This document shows positions 37,986 through 50,504 of a stretch of DNA of 64,000 bases, piece after piece. Numbering within the stretch: position 1 is the stretch's first letter; every line of letters starts with the position of its first letter. The translations under genes and the position numbers were made by a program. The stretch covers positions 930,001 through 994,000 of the forward strand of contig NW_026781981.1 in assembly GCF_031769215.1 (NCBI RefSeq). Direction: 5' to 3'. Below the pieces are notes generated by a model. It searched no databases, was not told the origin of the DNA, and saw nothing but the letters and a program-made list of their open reading frames with translations. The stretch is from Ylistrum balloti (lineage: Eukaryota).

Positions 37986-38914
37986 GTAAGCTTAACGTTA
38001 GCCCTATATTATAACGTATCCGCCTGTCATTGATTATAATCCAATATCCAGTATTTATATCCAGACGCGTGAATATGTTATGAACAACACTACTAAAAGT
38101 GTTATCTGATAAGTGTTGAACGAAAATAGTTGTGTTATTCGCTTGAATGTACTATCGACAACGTGTGATTGTTGTTGACTGCAAGATGGGGCCTAATTGA
38201 GGGTATTCGTTCTAAGTGTGAAAATATGACGGTACTGGTGTTACTGTGAGAGTAACGAGCGTGGTGATAAGCATAACCTTCATAATAGACACATAGACAC
38301 TTGTTGAATGGTAAACAATATATATCAATATGTACAGAAAAAGTATCAATTCCTGTGCATTTCTGCACGATGAGTTTTTTCTTTTCCGAATGTTGGTTAC
38401 CACCTTTGATGCCCTACTAATTTAGCGGCGGAAGTAAATGGCTTCGTCACCTGACAAGCCATGTGACCCATTTGGCTTTCTTCGTAATAAACCGAGCATT
38501 AACTTGTTTATAAACAATAGTCAAGATAAACAATGTTCCGACGCCGAAAATATGTACCAAAACAAAAAAATTGACGTTATAGGCGCGCGTATATTTTATC
38601 ATTAATAAGCCGAATTCTCCATTTCCCGATGTTGAAATCTAAGGTAATAGCCGCTTTTAGTACATGCATGTATTTCAGCTGTTAATACGAGTAACCTCCC
38701 TTGGTTCACGTAATGCTGCTAACATCGTCGACAGTTCCCGATTTCACCTCGATTTAAGTTAAAAAAATCTAATACGTCTCGTCCCTATTTTCATTAAATG
38801 TATCTACCTGTATTTTAAGAGGTTTTGTTCAATTATCGTAAGGTAATGCATTTTCTTTTTTCGCATCCGAGTAATATTCACCGATACAGCGAAACAACGT
38901 AATTTTGCGAAATA

Positions 38915-39330
38915 CTGACATTGCATTTGATTCGCTATTCAAGGGCCTGTTCCAATTATAACGTTTTTCATGCAAAAAATTGTCAACTGACGGACAAGCT
39001 CGTAACACAAAGTTTCAGAAGATGTAGGTTAATGAAAATTATAGGGAAGTTTTATGGTCGCCATAGTGATCTCATCGAGAAATATTCTATTGCTTTGTGT
39101 TATGATGCTGGACGTATTTGATGCTCGTTAATTTGACTTTTGAGTTCCGTTGTTGTACATCGTGTTCTCACTTGAAGATGTGACATTACTTATTTGGATT
39201 GACAAAGATTAACATGGTGAGCATTGTCGACGAAGCAGAAGACGCTAACTATTACGGAACACCTGGTGTTATTCTCCTTGTACCCATTCGGGATTGTATG
39301 TGTGATTTTTTCTTTTGTTCACATTTTGCC
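38915..39330 (+). mobile_element. Penelope-like retroelement 3' fragment (RT thumb C-terminus plus 3' UTR)
   Basis: HLIRYSRACSNYNVF...[31 protein letters not shown] matches the QLIRYxRACS...KFYxRHxDLxxKY pattern. The ORF ends right after the thumb, followed by the GACGAAGCAGAAGACGCTAACT...GGAACACCTGG tail. Confidence 0.7.
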
Positions 39331-40364
39331 CTAGTTTCATGCAATTTGAGTTTGGATTATAATTGTGAGCAACGTTCTGAGCGCCTGAAACACGAAAAAC
39401 AAAATGTGATATTTTATCTATTTGTGCCATTTCAACGACAACTTCATCACTAAAACATGTTTGGCTAACCCTTATGCAACAATATGAACATATGGCACAT
39501 GTCAGACTTTCCCTACCCTCTCAATCAAGGCTAACTATAGAGACGCAGTTCAGTTTTAACACTGATCCCTCAGTAAGGTTTATACTGACCTCCTTTGAGT
39601 CCTATTTTAGTCAGTCAATCGACAATCGGAAAATGCTTTTTTTGTCCTACCTTGACTGCTCCGAATGGTCATGTGCTTTATTTCCTACTTTTACTTGGCT
39701 AGTTTTGCTTACATTGCAGATACACGTGCTTGCTGTAACCCGGAAAATTGCTTGTAAACAGTAAATATTAAATGTTTGAAATAAATCTCGCCAATAGTAT
39801 ATGGTACGGGTACGGCATTATAGCCTATAAACAATATGTCCTCGAGATCTGTTGCACACCGTAAATCTTGTATTTTTGACGTCGGTTCCATGGTAAAGGA
39901 GAATATATCTGTATACGCATACAATGTTTATTAAAGAAAATGAAATCACTCGAAGAGCAAAGGGTACGACCAGGACACCTAACCCGTTATAATCACATTG
40001 CTTCGTAGAGATTCGTTGAATGGTTTTTAAGTTGAACAAAGGAAAAACCTTAGAAACAACATATGATATTTGACTTCGTTACCATGGTGACAGAGAGAAA
40101 TACAAAAAATAAACCACTCTAAAAGGCACAACTAGGGCAACAAAACCTAATACAAAATGTATGTATACAAGATTCAAAATCCAGCAAACGCTTGTGAAGA
40201 TGAAGATGAAGCTTTATAAAGCCAGGAAATGCTTATTAACCCTGAATTTTGCATTTTTGACTTTATTTCCATGGTAATAGAGAATTATAGCCAATAACAA
40301 CAGTCATAGCTATGGTACTAGCTTAGTATACATACAAAGTTTTGTAGAGGTCCGTGGAAAGGTT

Positions 40365-40520
40365 TCCAACTTGTCGCCCGGAAAAGGCTTGTAAATAGTT
40401 ACTGTTTCAACTTGTAGCCCGGAAAAGGCTTGTAAATAGTTACTGTTTCAACCTGTAGCTCGGAAAAGGCTTGTAAATAGTTACTGTTTCAACTTGTAGC
40501 CCGGAAAAGGCTTGTAAATA
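40365..40520. repeat. 41-bp tandem repeat, about 3.7 copies
   Basis: AACTTGTAGCCCGGAAAAGGCTTGTAAATAGTTACTGTTTC at 40368, 40409, 40450, 40491. Confidence 0.93.
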
Positions 40521-42803
40521 ATAACTATGTTTCATCGTGATCAGTTGAACTGGAAAAGACCCTCGAATCGCGTTGCGGGTGAAACGTCATATTGAGTTAA
40601 TGGTAAAGTATACTATTTATACGAACTACACTTTATCACACGGAAGAACCCAAACCAGGGTATCCAACAAAATGGTCTGATCAGTGACGTATGCACTTAA
40701 AATAAAAAGTAATTCTCTTCCTTGTCTACATGGTGCTAAACAAACCTGACTCGTGACAATGAAATCCTTCATTGTCTACCTGAGGTGACTACATAAGCCG
40801 CCTTCAAGCGTATCACATGATAAAAACATCCCCAGTAACAAGCTCTGAAACTTCTCTCAACAGAGTTTTAAATGATATATATATGACATTTATCAACTGT
40901 CACATGCGACGAAAAGGATTCATTAAGAATATTTCCCAAATTTCGTATCTGGTCTTTGGTCTGTAACCTGCTGTGAGGCAGTGTGTTTTGAGATAAGTTT
41001 ATTCTTTTAAAGCTGAAATTTGAGAAAGGTGAAAATATTTTTCCCGGAAGACTCACTGAATTTGCTTCCATTTATCCACGAAGAAATTTATGCGATAGTT
41101 ACAAACTATGAGGATTTAGATTAAACACGTCCAATCGCATCTTTCATTTACAATAAACTTTGGCACGGAATTCCTAATCCTGTAGAATGTTACTAAAATG
41201 TTACATCTTTATCTGAAGTTATACATTTTCCCGAAATAAATGCGGTTAACCGATATTTCAGCACGACTACCTAAGTACTTATAATCGTAAACTGATTTAA
41301 TCTCTGTAAATATCATTCCCACGCCTGCATGTACTGTATCTATCCCCATGGTGACTGTGCCGAGGATGCAGTATAACGGCACATACTTGGAAATATTGGT
41401 ATTCGAACAAAATACGAACATTAAATCTATACAGGTTGCATAATAGTTTACACATTAAAACGGTTTAAATCGTATTAGCAGAAAACCAATGCAAACCAGA
41501 ATCCTTCCTTCATATCCATCCTTCATATTTTTGCTGTTTTTGTTATATGTTTGACATCTATCACGGTTACCAATGCTTTGACTGTCGTCAGATGTCGACT
41601 AGAGATATAATTTATTAACTTTTTGAGGTCTTGTAAGATGACATAACTTGAGATCAATTTGTTTATGTCTTAAAGTTTAATAGTGACCAGCAGTGTCTAT
41701 TAAGAGATTTTGGATAACGTTCTAGTGATTGTATAATGATTTCCATGTAATTCGTGCTTACCCTTACAACCTACGCCGTTCTTGTATTTTTAATTACAAA
41801 ACTTTACATTTACAGTAATTGGAAGACTTGACTAATGACTAATACATTGTGGATGTAACCTCATTCTCTCGACACCGGTTGTTATGTATATCCATGCCGT
41901 GAACAAAGAGAGATATTGCTTTTGTCAGTAATAAGCAATTATCATATTGTATTTTTATTTTTCTTTGTCTATAAATCATTAAGTATGAAAAGCTGTAACG
42001 ATTGTGACTTTTATACATTCATTATTCATTATTTATTTAGCTATTTTGAATTCTTTACTTAACATTTGGTTTAAATCTTATAACGTCCTTTATGCATTAC
42101 AAGTACATAATTCAGAGTCCATGTTCATATCCAGGTCATCTATGGTATTTCTTGGAGAGGACCTTGCTGATTTTGAGAAGCCAAATATATAACCATTATT
42201 ATTTCAATTTCGTGTTACCTTTGTTATGCGTAGATGATTACAATATCCTGTAGTTTATTTCATAGGAAATTCTGGATTCGATAGTCACATCTTCTTTGAT
42301 CATTGTATATCCACTCAGAAACCAGCATGTCAAAGGAATAAAGGACATTTTCCATCCATGCATAGTACTCTACATCAGATAAGTTTGTTTCAAGCTAGTT
42401 TTCACGTAATCTTTGCGAAAATTAATACTGTAAAAGAAATCAGAATAAACGATGACAATGCATCACCAAACACCTGGCTCCAGTGGCTTAAAGCTCGGTT
42501 AGTAAACAGCCAGCAGACAGAGAAAAATTTAATATGAATTGAACAAACTCTGGGGCATTCTTTAACCTTTCACAGCTGTAGATATGTAAAGACAAGTTTG
42601 ACTAGGAGACTTGGAGAGTTAGATAGTTAAGCTTTGAAATTCCTAATGTACTAATGCATGTGGCAACAACTAGAAATTTTCACTAACAACAGGTTAAATC
42701 TAATCAGGATTTTAGCAACGGAGTTCTAGAATCATGACCACATCTTGTCAACACTTACAGCTGTTTTCAAACCAAATATTAATAAAAATATAACCATGCC
42801 AGT

Positions 42804-43087
42804 CAGTGGCTTAGCAAAAATGTATGTTTGTATGATTACACTAGAATTCCATTAAGATATTTTCATTACTTTTCTATGGCTTCGCCCCTAGACCCTACTG
42901 TGGCTTCGCCCCTAGACCCCCACTGTGGCTTCGCCCCTAGACCCCCTCTGTGGCTTCGCCCCTAGACCCCCACTGTGGCTTCGCGCTTGACCCCCTCTGT
43001 GGCTTCGCCCCTAGACCCCCTCTGTGGCTTCGCCCCTGGACACTGTCATGAAAGCATACACTCCTAAAATCATTTGCTACGCCACTG
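42804..43087. mobile_element. Non-autonomous TIR element (MITE) with an internal 25-bp tandem array
   Basis: CAGTGGCTTAGCAAA at 42804 and TTTGCTACGCCACTG ending at 43087 (14/15 inverted match); internal TGGCTTCGCCCCTAGACCCC..TG x about 7 (42876-43040). No clean TSD. Confidence 0.75.
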
Positions 43088-43374
43088 CTAGCTAGTGAAA
43101 TCTTAATTTGGGTCTGATAAATGGCTTACTAGCTTTTATCGTGAATAGTTTACTGAAAATAAGACATAAATTACTGTACGTTTGAAATAGTGATGACATA
43201 CTAAGTTTATATTTGCGTTTTAAACAGTCCAGAGATGCAGGTTGATGTAAGTGACAGGATGGTTGTAGGGTTGTTCTAATAATCTTAATTGGAAATGATA
43301 TATTTTCTGAAGCGATATGAAATAAGATGTGCTTGATGTACATTATTGTTCTTGTTGGTTCCGTTTACCTGTGA

Positions 43375-43560
43375 ACCTGTTCTCATTAAGGAACGTGACA
43401 TTACTCACTGACGAAGATTTACATGGCGGATGTCGTCGATGAAGCAGAAGACGCTCACTAAGAAGAAAAGAAACTTGGTTTAATTTTCTTGTACTTTTTC
43501 AGGAGTCTCCGTGTAAAGGATCTCTTGTTTTCACATGTTGCCCTAGTTGTTTTGAGTTAA
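43375..43560 (+). mobile_element. Second, non-coding copy of the Penelope-like 3' tail (SINE-like fragment)
   Basis: GTGACATTACT...ACATGGCGGATGTCGTCGATGAAGCAGAAGACGCTCACT parallels 39180-39250. Confidence 0.6.
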
Positions 43561-46500
43561 GGTTTGGATTATGACTGTTTACATGTTGATATTTTTGTTG
43601 TGTTTTTTGTTTAATAAGTCTGTATACACAATGATATGGCATGCATAGAGTAAAAACACTATAAAGTAATTGTTTTAGAGTTTGCCTCAATAACACAGGA
43701 ATCCCATTTTGTAACCCGAGTCCGTTATTTGGAAATACCTAAAAGGCAAACCTGAAACAACAAAAACAGAAAGCGAATCTGATTTCATTCCACAATCATT
43801 AGGGTTTATTTCCGTTGTCACGATTGGTTGTCGATTAAATGTCAGAGATAAAAGCGTCTTGGTGAAGCCCTTAGCCATCACGTGACCTGACCGTATTTCC
43901 TCTGATCACTGAACCTAAATTGCAGAACATGCTCGTATTTTTTCTTTAATACAATAACACAGAAATGATGTATTTGTTTATTATTTTAAGTGTTACGGAT
44001 TCTTTACCAACTTTTCGGCGTTTCAGCGAGAAATCATAATGAGCAAAAAGAGATAAGGAAACTATGAAGTGAAAAAAGAGAGGTGTTCTGAGCCATCATC
44101 AACACACTTACCCTTCCTTAACAAATTCATAACACAGAAGGACATCTGTGTTTTAGGAGGTGAACACAATGGACACTGTTTTAAGTCCCATCCGACGGAT
44201 TGAATATTCGTAGTTAGTAGTTTGATACTTTGGATGTCCTTACAAGTATTGCATCTCCGTAAGTTGCATATATGTTAACTGTTTTGTCGATATCATGCAA
44301 GAAAATCGTGAGGTCTGGAACATTTAATTAGACTTTTTTTGTTTTTGCAAGCTTTGAATGGCAAAAAACTGTTTTAGTTTAATAAAATTGCATACGCAGT
44401 GAAAACAAATCTGACACACGCTTTATCAAATAACTCATATAACGAAGTTAAGCCATGCAATACACTCTAGAGTAAATTACAATAGTGACATATACGCAAA
44501 ACATGCGTGTGTGAATTCTGGCGGTTTGCATGAGGTAAAAAAAATGCCTCAGCGATGAAGTATTTACAAAGACTATCAAAATATCAGAATTAAAGAATTT
44601 GTCAAATTTCCATCAAACTGCATATCATCATTTATTGTTGATCCGATTAAAATGGTTGGAAATCGAAAGTGTTATTTGCCAATGTCTATAGCTAAGAGTT
44701 ATATGCAATATACTGTTTTCAGATGTTGATTTAAGCAGCATCGACAGTTAAAATAAATTCACATGGCCTTCCTTCGGCCTTCAGCAAAGTCTGAACAAAC
44801 TTTGATAATATTGTTGGCTGGAGGATCCGTTTAATTCCCTATCATTAGGACATTATATTGGCCTATAACTCCATTTTAATATGCTCTCCATTAGAATGTT
44901 TTTATTGTGTGTTATTTCTCTCAACCAATGAGTCAGTTAAGGCCGAATAAACAGGGAAATTGTTTTGGGCCAAGAGCAAACAATGTTTGCTATGATACCA
45001 GAATCAATAGCCATTCTTGCTGTTAATGACGACATTCATATCGCCTCACAAGTGTTGATGTTAAAAACGTTCTTTAAAAAGTTGGAATAATACAAAGCCA
45101 ATGATTCCCCGTTCGGAAAAGCTGTCTTTGATACATGCCTGTAACGTTTATAAACATAGATACATATCTGACATGCTCCCTATTGTGGCTGTCAAATACC
45201 AGAACTAGTGCCATGTACATCTTTAGTATGACTTCGTTTCATGGATTTCTAGTTTCGATTAAGGCATTGTTATTATGTCGAATTCTTGTTGTTGTTAAAT
45301 TTTAAAAATTGACATTTCTTAATGTTAAGACTATAGAAAACAACTGGATTCCTGGCAGGGATAAGTAGTAACCCAGTGGTGTATAAACAAGACCTTAGCT
45401 GTATGTCTCAAAGTCTCTACATTAAGTTTTGTTCAATGTATTATCATATTTCCGACAAGTGCTCTTGTTTCAGATCTGTTAAAACCTTTTCTCATGTTAA
45501 CCGATATCCCATCAATCACCAAAACAAAAATCCGGAGTGAGAGTATGATCGCCGATTAGGTGTTTGTTTTCCTTTGGTCCGAACAGAGGATGAATCTTCT
45601 CACGGTAACCATTTTCTACTGGTTTGTATTGAAATAACAGATGACTTCATATCTATGTTATAACATATTGTTCTGAGTCGGAACGAATTGTAACAACAAG
45701 CTCTCTTGTTATTAGGGTATTTATGTTTTCGGAAGTCTTATGTTCTATCTATCTATCTTAAGATTGTGGTGTGTTATGTTAATGTATTTTTACGAATATT
45801 CTAATGATGTATTGGGTTGATTTGTTATATATCGCCAATGTTATAACCCTTAAGCTCAATCTACTTCCGATATTTTTGGATTTAGCAATGTTTCCGATAG
45901 ATTATGTGTTAGTCAGTACTAAAACATTTTATCTATATTATAACTTTATATTATACCTACTACAAAACCACCACCTATGTCATTCTTTTAGACTGCTGTT
46001 CAGTCAGGTCTGTGCACTGTTTAAAAATTATACTTGTACACTTTGTGTGTTATAATGTTGTCGCATGACGTAGCTGGACAGAACAGAAATCAAACAATTA
46101 GCACAAACAATTAATTGTTTTTGGACGATTGACAATAATGAACACACTGGTAAATTTGTTTTTTTTTATGAGAATACTGCAGAAATCAGGATTCGACGTT
46201 CGTAGGAAAAGTACATTTTATGTGAATAAAAGTTGTTAAGAAAATTGAAGTTTTACCAAAGATAGCAAATTCTCTTTGCACATCTGCGAGCATTACTTTC
46301 TACAATGAAGTGAAATGGGTTCGATTTTTCGAGGTTGCGATATAGCCACACTTCAATATGTTATTAATACATAATTATTTAATTATTTTTTAAGACTTAT
46401 ATATATAGACACTCCTTGATATCAGACGTATTTCTGCGTTAAATGTTGTAATAAGACACGAATGATATTTCCGTCTGACTTAATTTTACACTCTTGCACG

Positions 46501-47809
46501 ATTTCTTTGCCGTATAAAGCAGTTCTGATGTTGTGTTAATATTTCGTACGAGCAACAGTTCTCTCTTTATAATTATCAAAAGTGTTAGTTTTAATGTCGT
46601 AAATACGGTGGTTTAAGTATAAAATATTTATGATTATGTTTTCGCTGAATGGCTGTTTACAAACACAGAATAAATTGTCGCTATAGGCTTCCATTTGGTT
46701 AAGCAACGTGATTAGCACTCTTCACGCCCCGTCTACTATAACTAAGGTCAGTGTAAGTTGCAAACATTTAGGTACATTTGTACTTTGGTCTCCTTGTAGT
46801 GGCTGGTGACAACCTTTCTGAACAATATAGGGAGACCCGTGGCATGCTATCCAGAGCAATTAGAATACCTTGTCTTGCTCAAGTACACAACCAAGTCGGA
46901 AAAGACCGCTCCGTTTCTCAGCCCCAACAAACAGCCAGGAATAGGGAGCTGCAAATCAAGCACTGCGGACCCTCATCTGCATGTCACCATTTCGATGACC
47001 AATGCTCTAATGTTAACCTCGGAAATGATGTTTGTGATGACAATATAATCACACTGATACTGCAGTTACAAGGAAGTACAAGGACTCTATAATTCTACAT
47101 ATAAGTAAGAAATCTCGCTGTTTTGCTATGTAATTATATTTCAGAATAACCACTTATCAAAATAACATTAAAATTATCTAAATGCTTGTTATGAAACTGT
47201 GTGAACAGAGTTCGACGTCTTCCATGAGAGTTGTCTATACTACATCAAGACTTCCGCTTGATCCATGACCGGTACAAACAGCTTGATGTGTCCTAGAACT
47301 TGTTCGGCTGAAGATATGGGGTATGTTAACTAGCGGAGAAAATGTTTCATGGTTTTTTTTTCATGAAGTTAAACTGCAATGTTCCTCACCAGTTCTTCAT
47401 TCGTGAGAGCTTAACTATAAGATATCTAAAACAAAAGGTCGCTTCGAAATTTAATTGCATTCCAATGTTGTATTTGTTGCCGAAGTTTCATCATAAATCA
47501 TTGCTCTGCTTTATTCTATTCACTACCAGTCTATATTAACTATGATATTCTGGTCAGATGGAAGAAAACACTTGTATGTAAGACCGAATATTACAATTTA
47601 ATTACATAAGAAAACCAGTGTTTTTCTCTATCTCCAGCTAAAATTGGGTCACACATTTACAAAAGTTACAAATTCTAAAATATCTTTTTTATTTCAACTG
47701 ATAAAGGCCTTGATGAAACCATCGATCGTTTGAAGCAGAAGTGAGTTCACGGTTTTATCGCTTGAGGAGTTGAGGACGGTACAAGTCACGTGACTGTGGT
47801 CCTGGTCTC

Positions 47810-48229
47810 CTATTTACCATAGCGAAAACCTTTCCTCCCTGCGTCTTTTGAACTTGACTGGTGTTTATTATTTGATGACATGCGCATTGAAGCCGGAACA
47901 TACCCAAGAGGCTGCCAGAAAACCTTTCGTTTGTCCATGGAGCGTTTCACACCAGTGAGATCGCCAGTACTGCTCATGTCACCGACTGTATCAAAATGAC
48001 CCCCCTTGTTGTCGTCCATTTCCTCTTCCAATGCGGCTGCGCGGTTCATAAGTCTCTGTATCACTTTAGCGTAGAAGGTCTTCTCTTCTTCCGCTACAAC
48101 TGTGTCTATAAAGTTACTGACCTCATTCGACTTAGAAAGTCCAAGAGCACCGGGGAGGTAGGACCCATTGCTGTGTACGACGAAAAAGTTGGTAAACACA
48201 ACAAGCAACAATGATATTCCTTGTGTCAT
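47810..48229 (-). CDS. NKY: NKY (neuropeptide KY) precursor, 139 aa
   Basis: Signal peptide MTQGISLLLVVFTNFFVVHSNG; acidic propeptide; KR cleavage, then KVFWQPLGYVPASMR...GRKGFRY-GK* (N-terminal K, FWxPLGY motif, amidated C-terminal Y). A TTTTTTCAG acceptor lies directly before the ATG, so there is an upstream exon. Confidence 0.88.
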   Translation of the reverse strand: MTQGISLLLVVFTNFFVVHSNGSYLPGALGLSKSNEVSNFIDTVVAEEEKTFYAKVIQRLMNRAAALEEEMDDNKGGHFDTVGDMSSTGDLTGVKRSMDKRKVFWQPLGYVPASMRMSSNNKHQSSSKDAGRKGFRYGK

Positions 48230-48967
48230 CTGAAAAAATGGAATGACGAAAATTTACTACATGTGGAGATAACATCCTGATTGTAGTGCAACATTTTTTA
48301 TAAATGGATTCTTTAGAGTGGAAGATTGGGATTGGTTTCACCCGATAAGGTTTTCTACAGATGTAAAGTGGAATTAAGGTTAGATAATTCACAATAATAT
48401 ATCAAACGAGAGCTTCGCCGACACCGTACATGCGGGAAGAAAAAATAGTCCCAGCGAAAGTACTGAATGACATTGGAGTGTGTAATTACTGAAAGAAATT
48501 CATCTGTCTTGACATTTACAGTCTCAACAGGTAAAGTTTATTTCTTGAGAATTAGTGTCAAGTGCGACCACGTTTTAAAGTACACACGCCAAAAAGACAT
48601 ACATATGTTGATGAAATTTATTTTTCTCTTTAAACCTCGATTGTACATTTCTGTTGCAGCCACTTAATAAGCATTACCAATAGAAATGTAGTTTAAGGCC
48701 ACGAACACAATTGAATCAATGTCAATTTGAAGCTCCTCTCCCGATCTCACGTAACCCAAGAACACCAAGAGAGGCAAAGATTTAAATTCTATTTCAGTGA
48801 TTTCTTTCGTTCTTTTCGACGAAATTAAGTTAAAACAACCTACATGTATTGATCTTTCAGACGCAAAAACACACGTAAGTGAACCGTTGCTTATCCTGCT
48901 ATTTCTGTATAGGGTTAGTGATAATGGCTTAACACCTGCTCTACCTTCAACCTATGGACATATGCTC

Positions 48968-49250
48968 TACTAAAAACACTTATATTTCGCGTGGGATTTG
49001 TTTTCGCGTTAATACGCGAGGAGAGTCAATCGCGAATTAAAGTCCCTCGCGATCATTTGTACGAAAATAACTTCTGATGACATCCACGCTGATACGGTTA
49101 TTAATATCAGAGTTCATATGTCTAAATTCCCATTCCCCGAATTTAATGTAATGTTCAGACAACTTTTCGTAAAATCATGTATTCGCGAATATGTCTGAGG
49201 AGGTAATTCCGCGAAATAAATTATTCGCAAAATCTAAGTGATTTGCAGTA
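48968..49250. mobile_element. Tc1/mariner-type MITE (TA-flanked, about 280 bp)
   Basis: TACTAAAAACACTTATATTTCGCG at the left versus TCGCAAAATCTAAGTGATTTGCAGTA at the right (imperfect TIR of about 25 bp, TA at both ends); internal TCGCG/CGCGA motif repeated. Confidence 0.65.
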
Positions 49251-50504
49251 TACTGAATAAGATGTTATTGTTAACCACATATAAGCTTCTGATCTTAAAT
49301 CCTCCAGTTGTATGGAACGGCAGTTACCGAATCAACATGACAGTGGACTATTTTCAGAAAGATTTTGGCTACACTACATGTTATGGTGGCAATGGGCCCC
49401 TATACTGCAGTGAACAATGTTGGGTTTTGGTGGCGTTTTACAGACGCCATCTGTTTGTAATTACTGATAATGTTAAGTATTTTATTATATATTTTTTCAT
49501 AATCTTGTTACCATATTCACGGCAAACATTCGTCATCTAGATTAATCAGAATTATCGGAAACAATCTTCGTTATTTCTATATAACCAAAAAACGAGACGG
49601 CTGTGAGCCTTTTATTTTGTTGATGGACAATAATACTGTCTGTAGATTGTTTTCACCGATACGGCAACTGTTATAAGTGCCTTAACCACATAGTATCTGG
49701 GATCTCGGGTCTGTTATGTATTTGAGCTCTACATAACTTCATTATATATATGTTAAAAACATAAATTTGAAAATTTTCAAACTGAACGATGACATAATCG
49801 GTTTTAATTATAATTCACACTGAGAGAAAAACAAACACACGAGCTTTTGTTGAAAGCTTTAATTTCCAATCGATATATTTTTTTTATTGATTTCTGTTTT
49901 TCATAATGGTTATACCAAATCTTTGATTTTTCTTTTATTTTCTAGATTACTGAAAAGCCGATCCTGAAAAAAAAATGTTGCTTTCTCATCAAAAGCGTCA
50001 GTATTCCTGCAAAACAGAACGATATTTTCCCAATCAATAAGATTATTCAAACACATCGGTCAACCCCAGGATGTAAACGGTAAATCAAACATTTGTCGCT
50101 TTAGAAGATTTGCTAACGGACAAAAGAGAATAAGTCACATCAACGGTTAGGACATGTCTTTCTCAGTACTCGATAATGAGCACGTGCCATGCGTACTCGT
50201 ACTGAAAGAGGAAATAGTAGATAATAGAGGTTGGTAATTATACATGTTTGAAACCAATGGAGGCTGTGTATGTTATGTGAGTATCAATTGATTATCATGG
50301 TTGTTATTCTATAAAAAAAAATATAAGAAGTACAACATCACAATGTTAAAAATGCAGTAATAAGGCCCGGGGTGTACATAATATAGTAATCATATAGTAA
50401 AAAAATGGTCTCATCGACTGATAGGTTATTTCTATATGTCCCCGACATACTGGGGAAGGTTTTATATGTCCATGACATACTGGGGAAGGTTTTATGTGTC
50501 CCCG

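Noticed and set aside
45200-45720. Decayed coding-like stretch on the minus strand (RELVVTIRSDSEQYV...HPLFGPKENKHLIGDH)
   Set aside because: Many stops and no identifiable motif; cannot be supported without a homology search.
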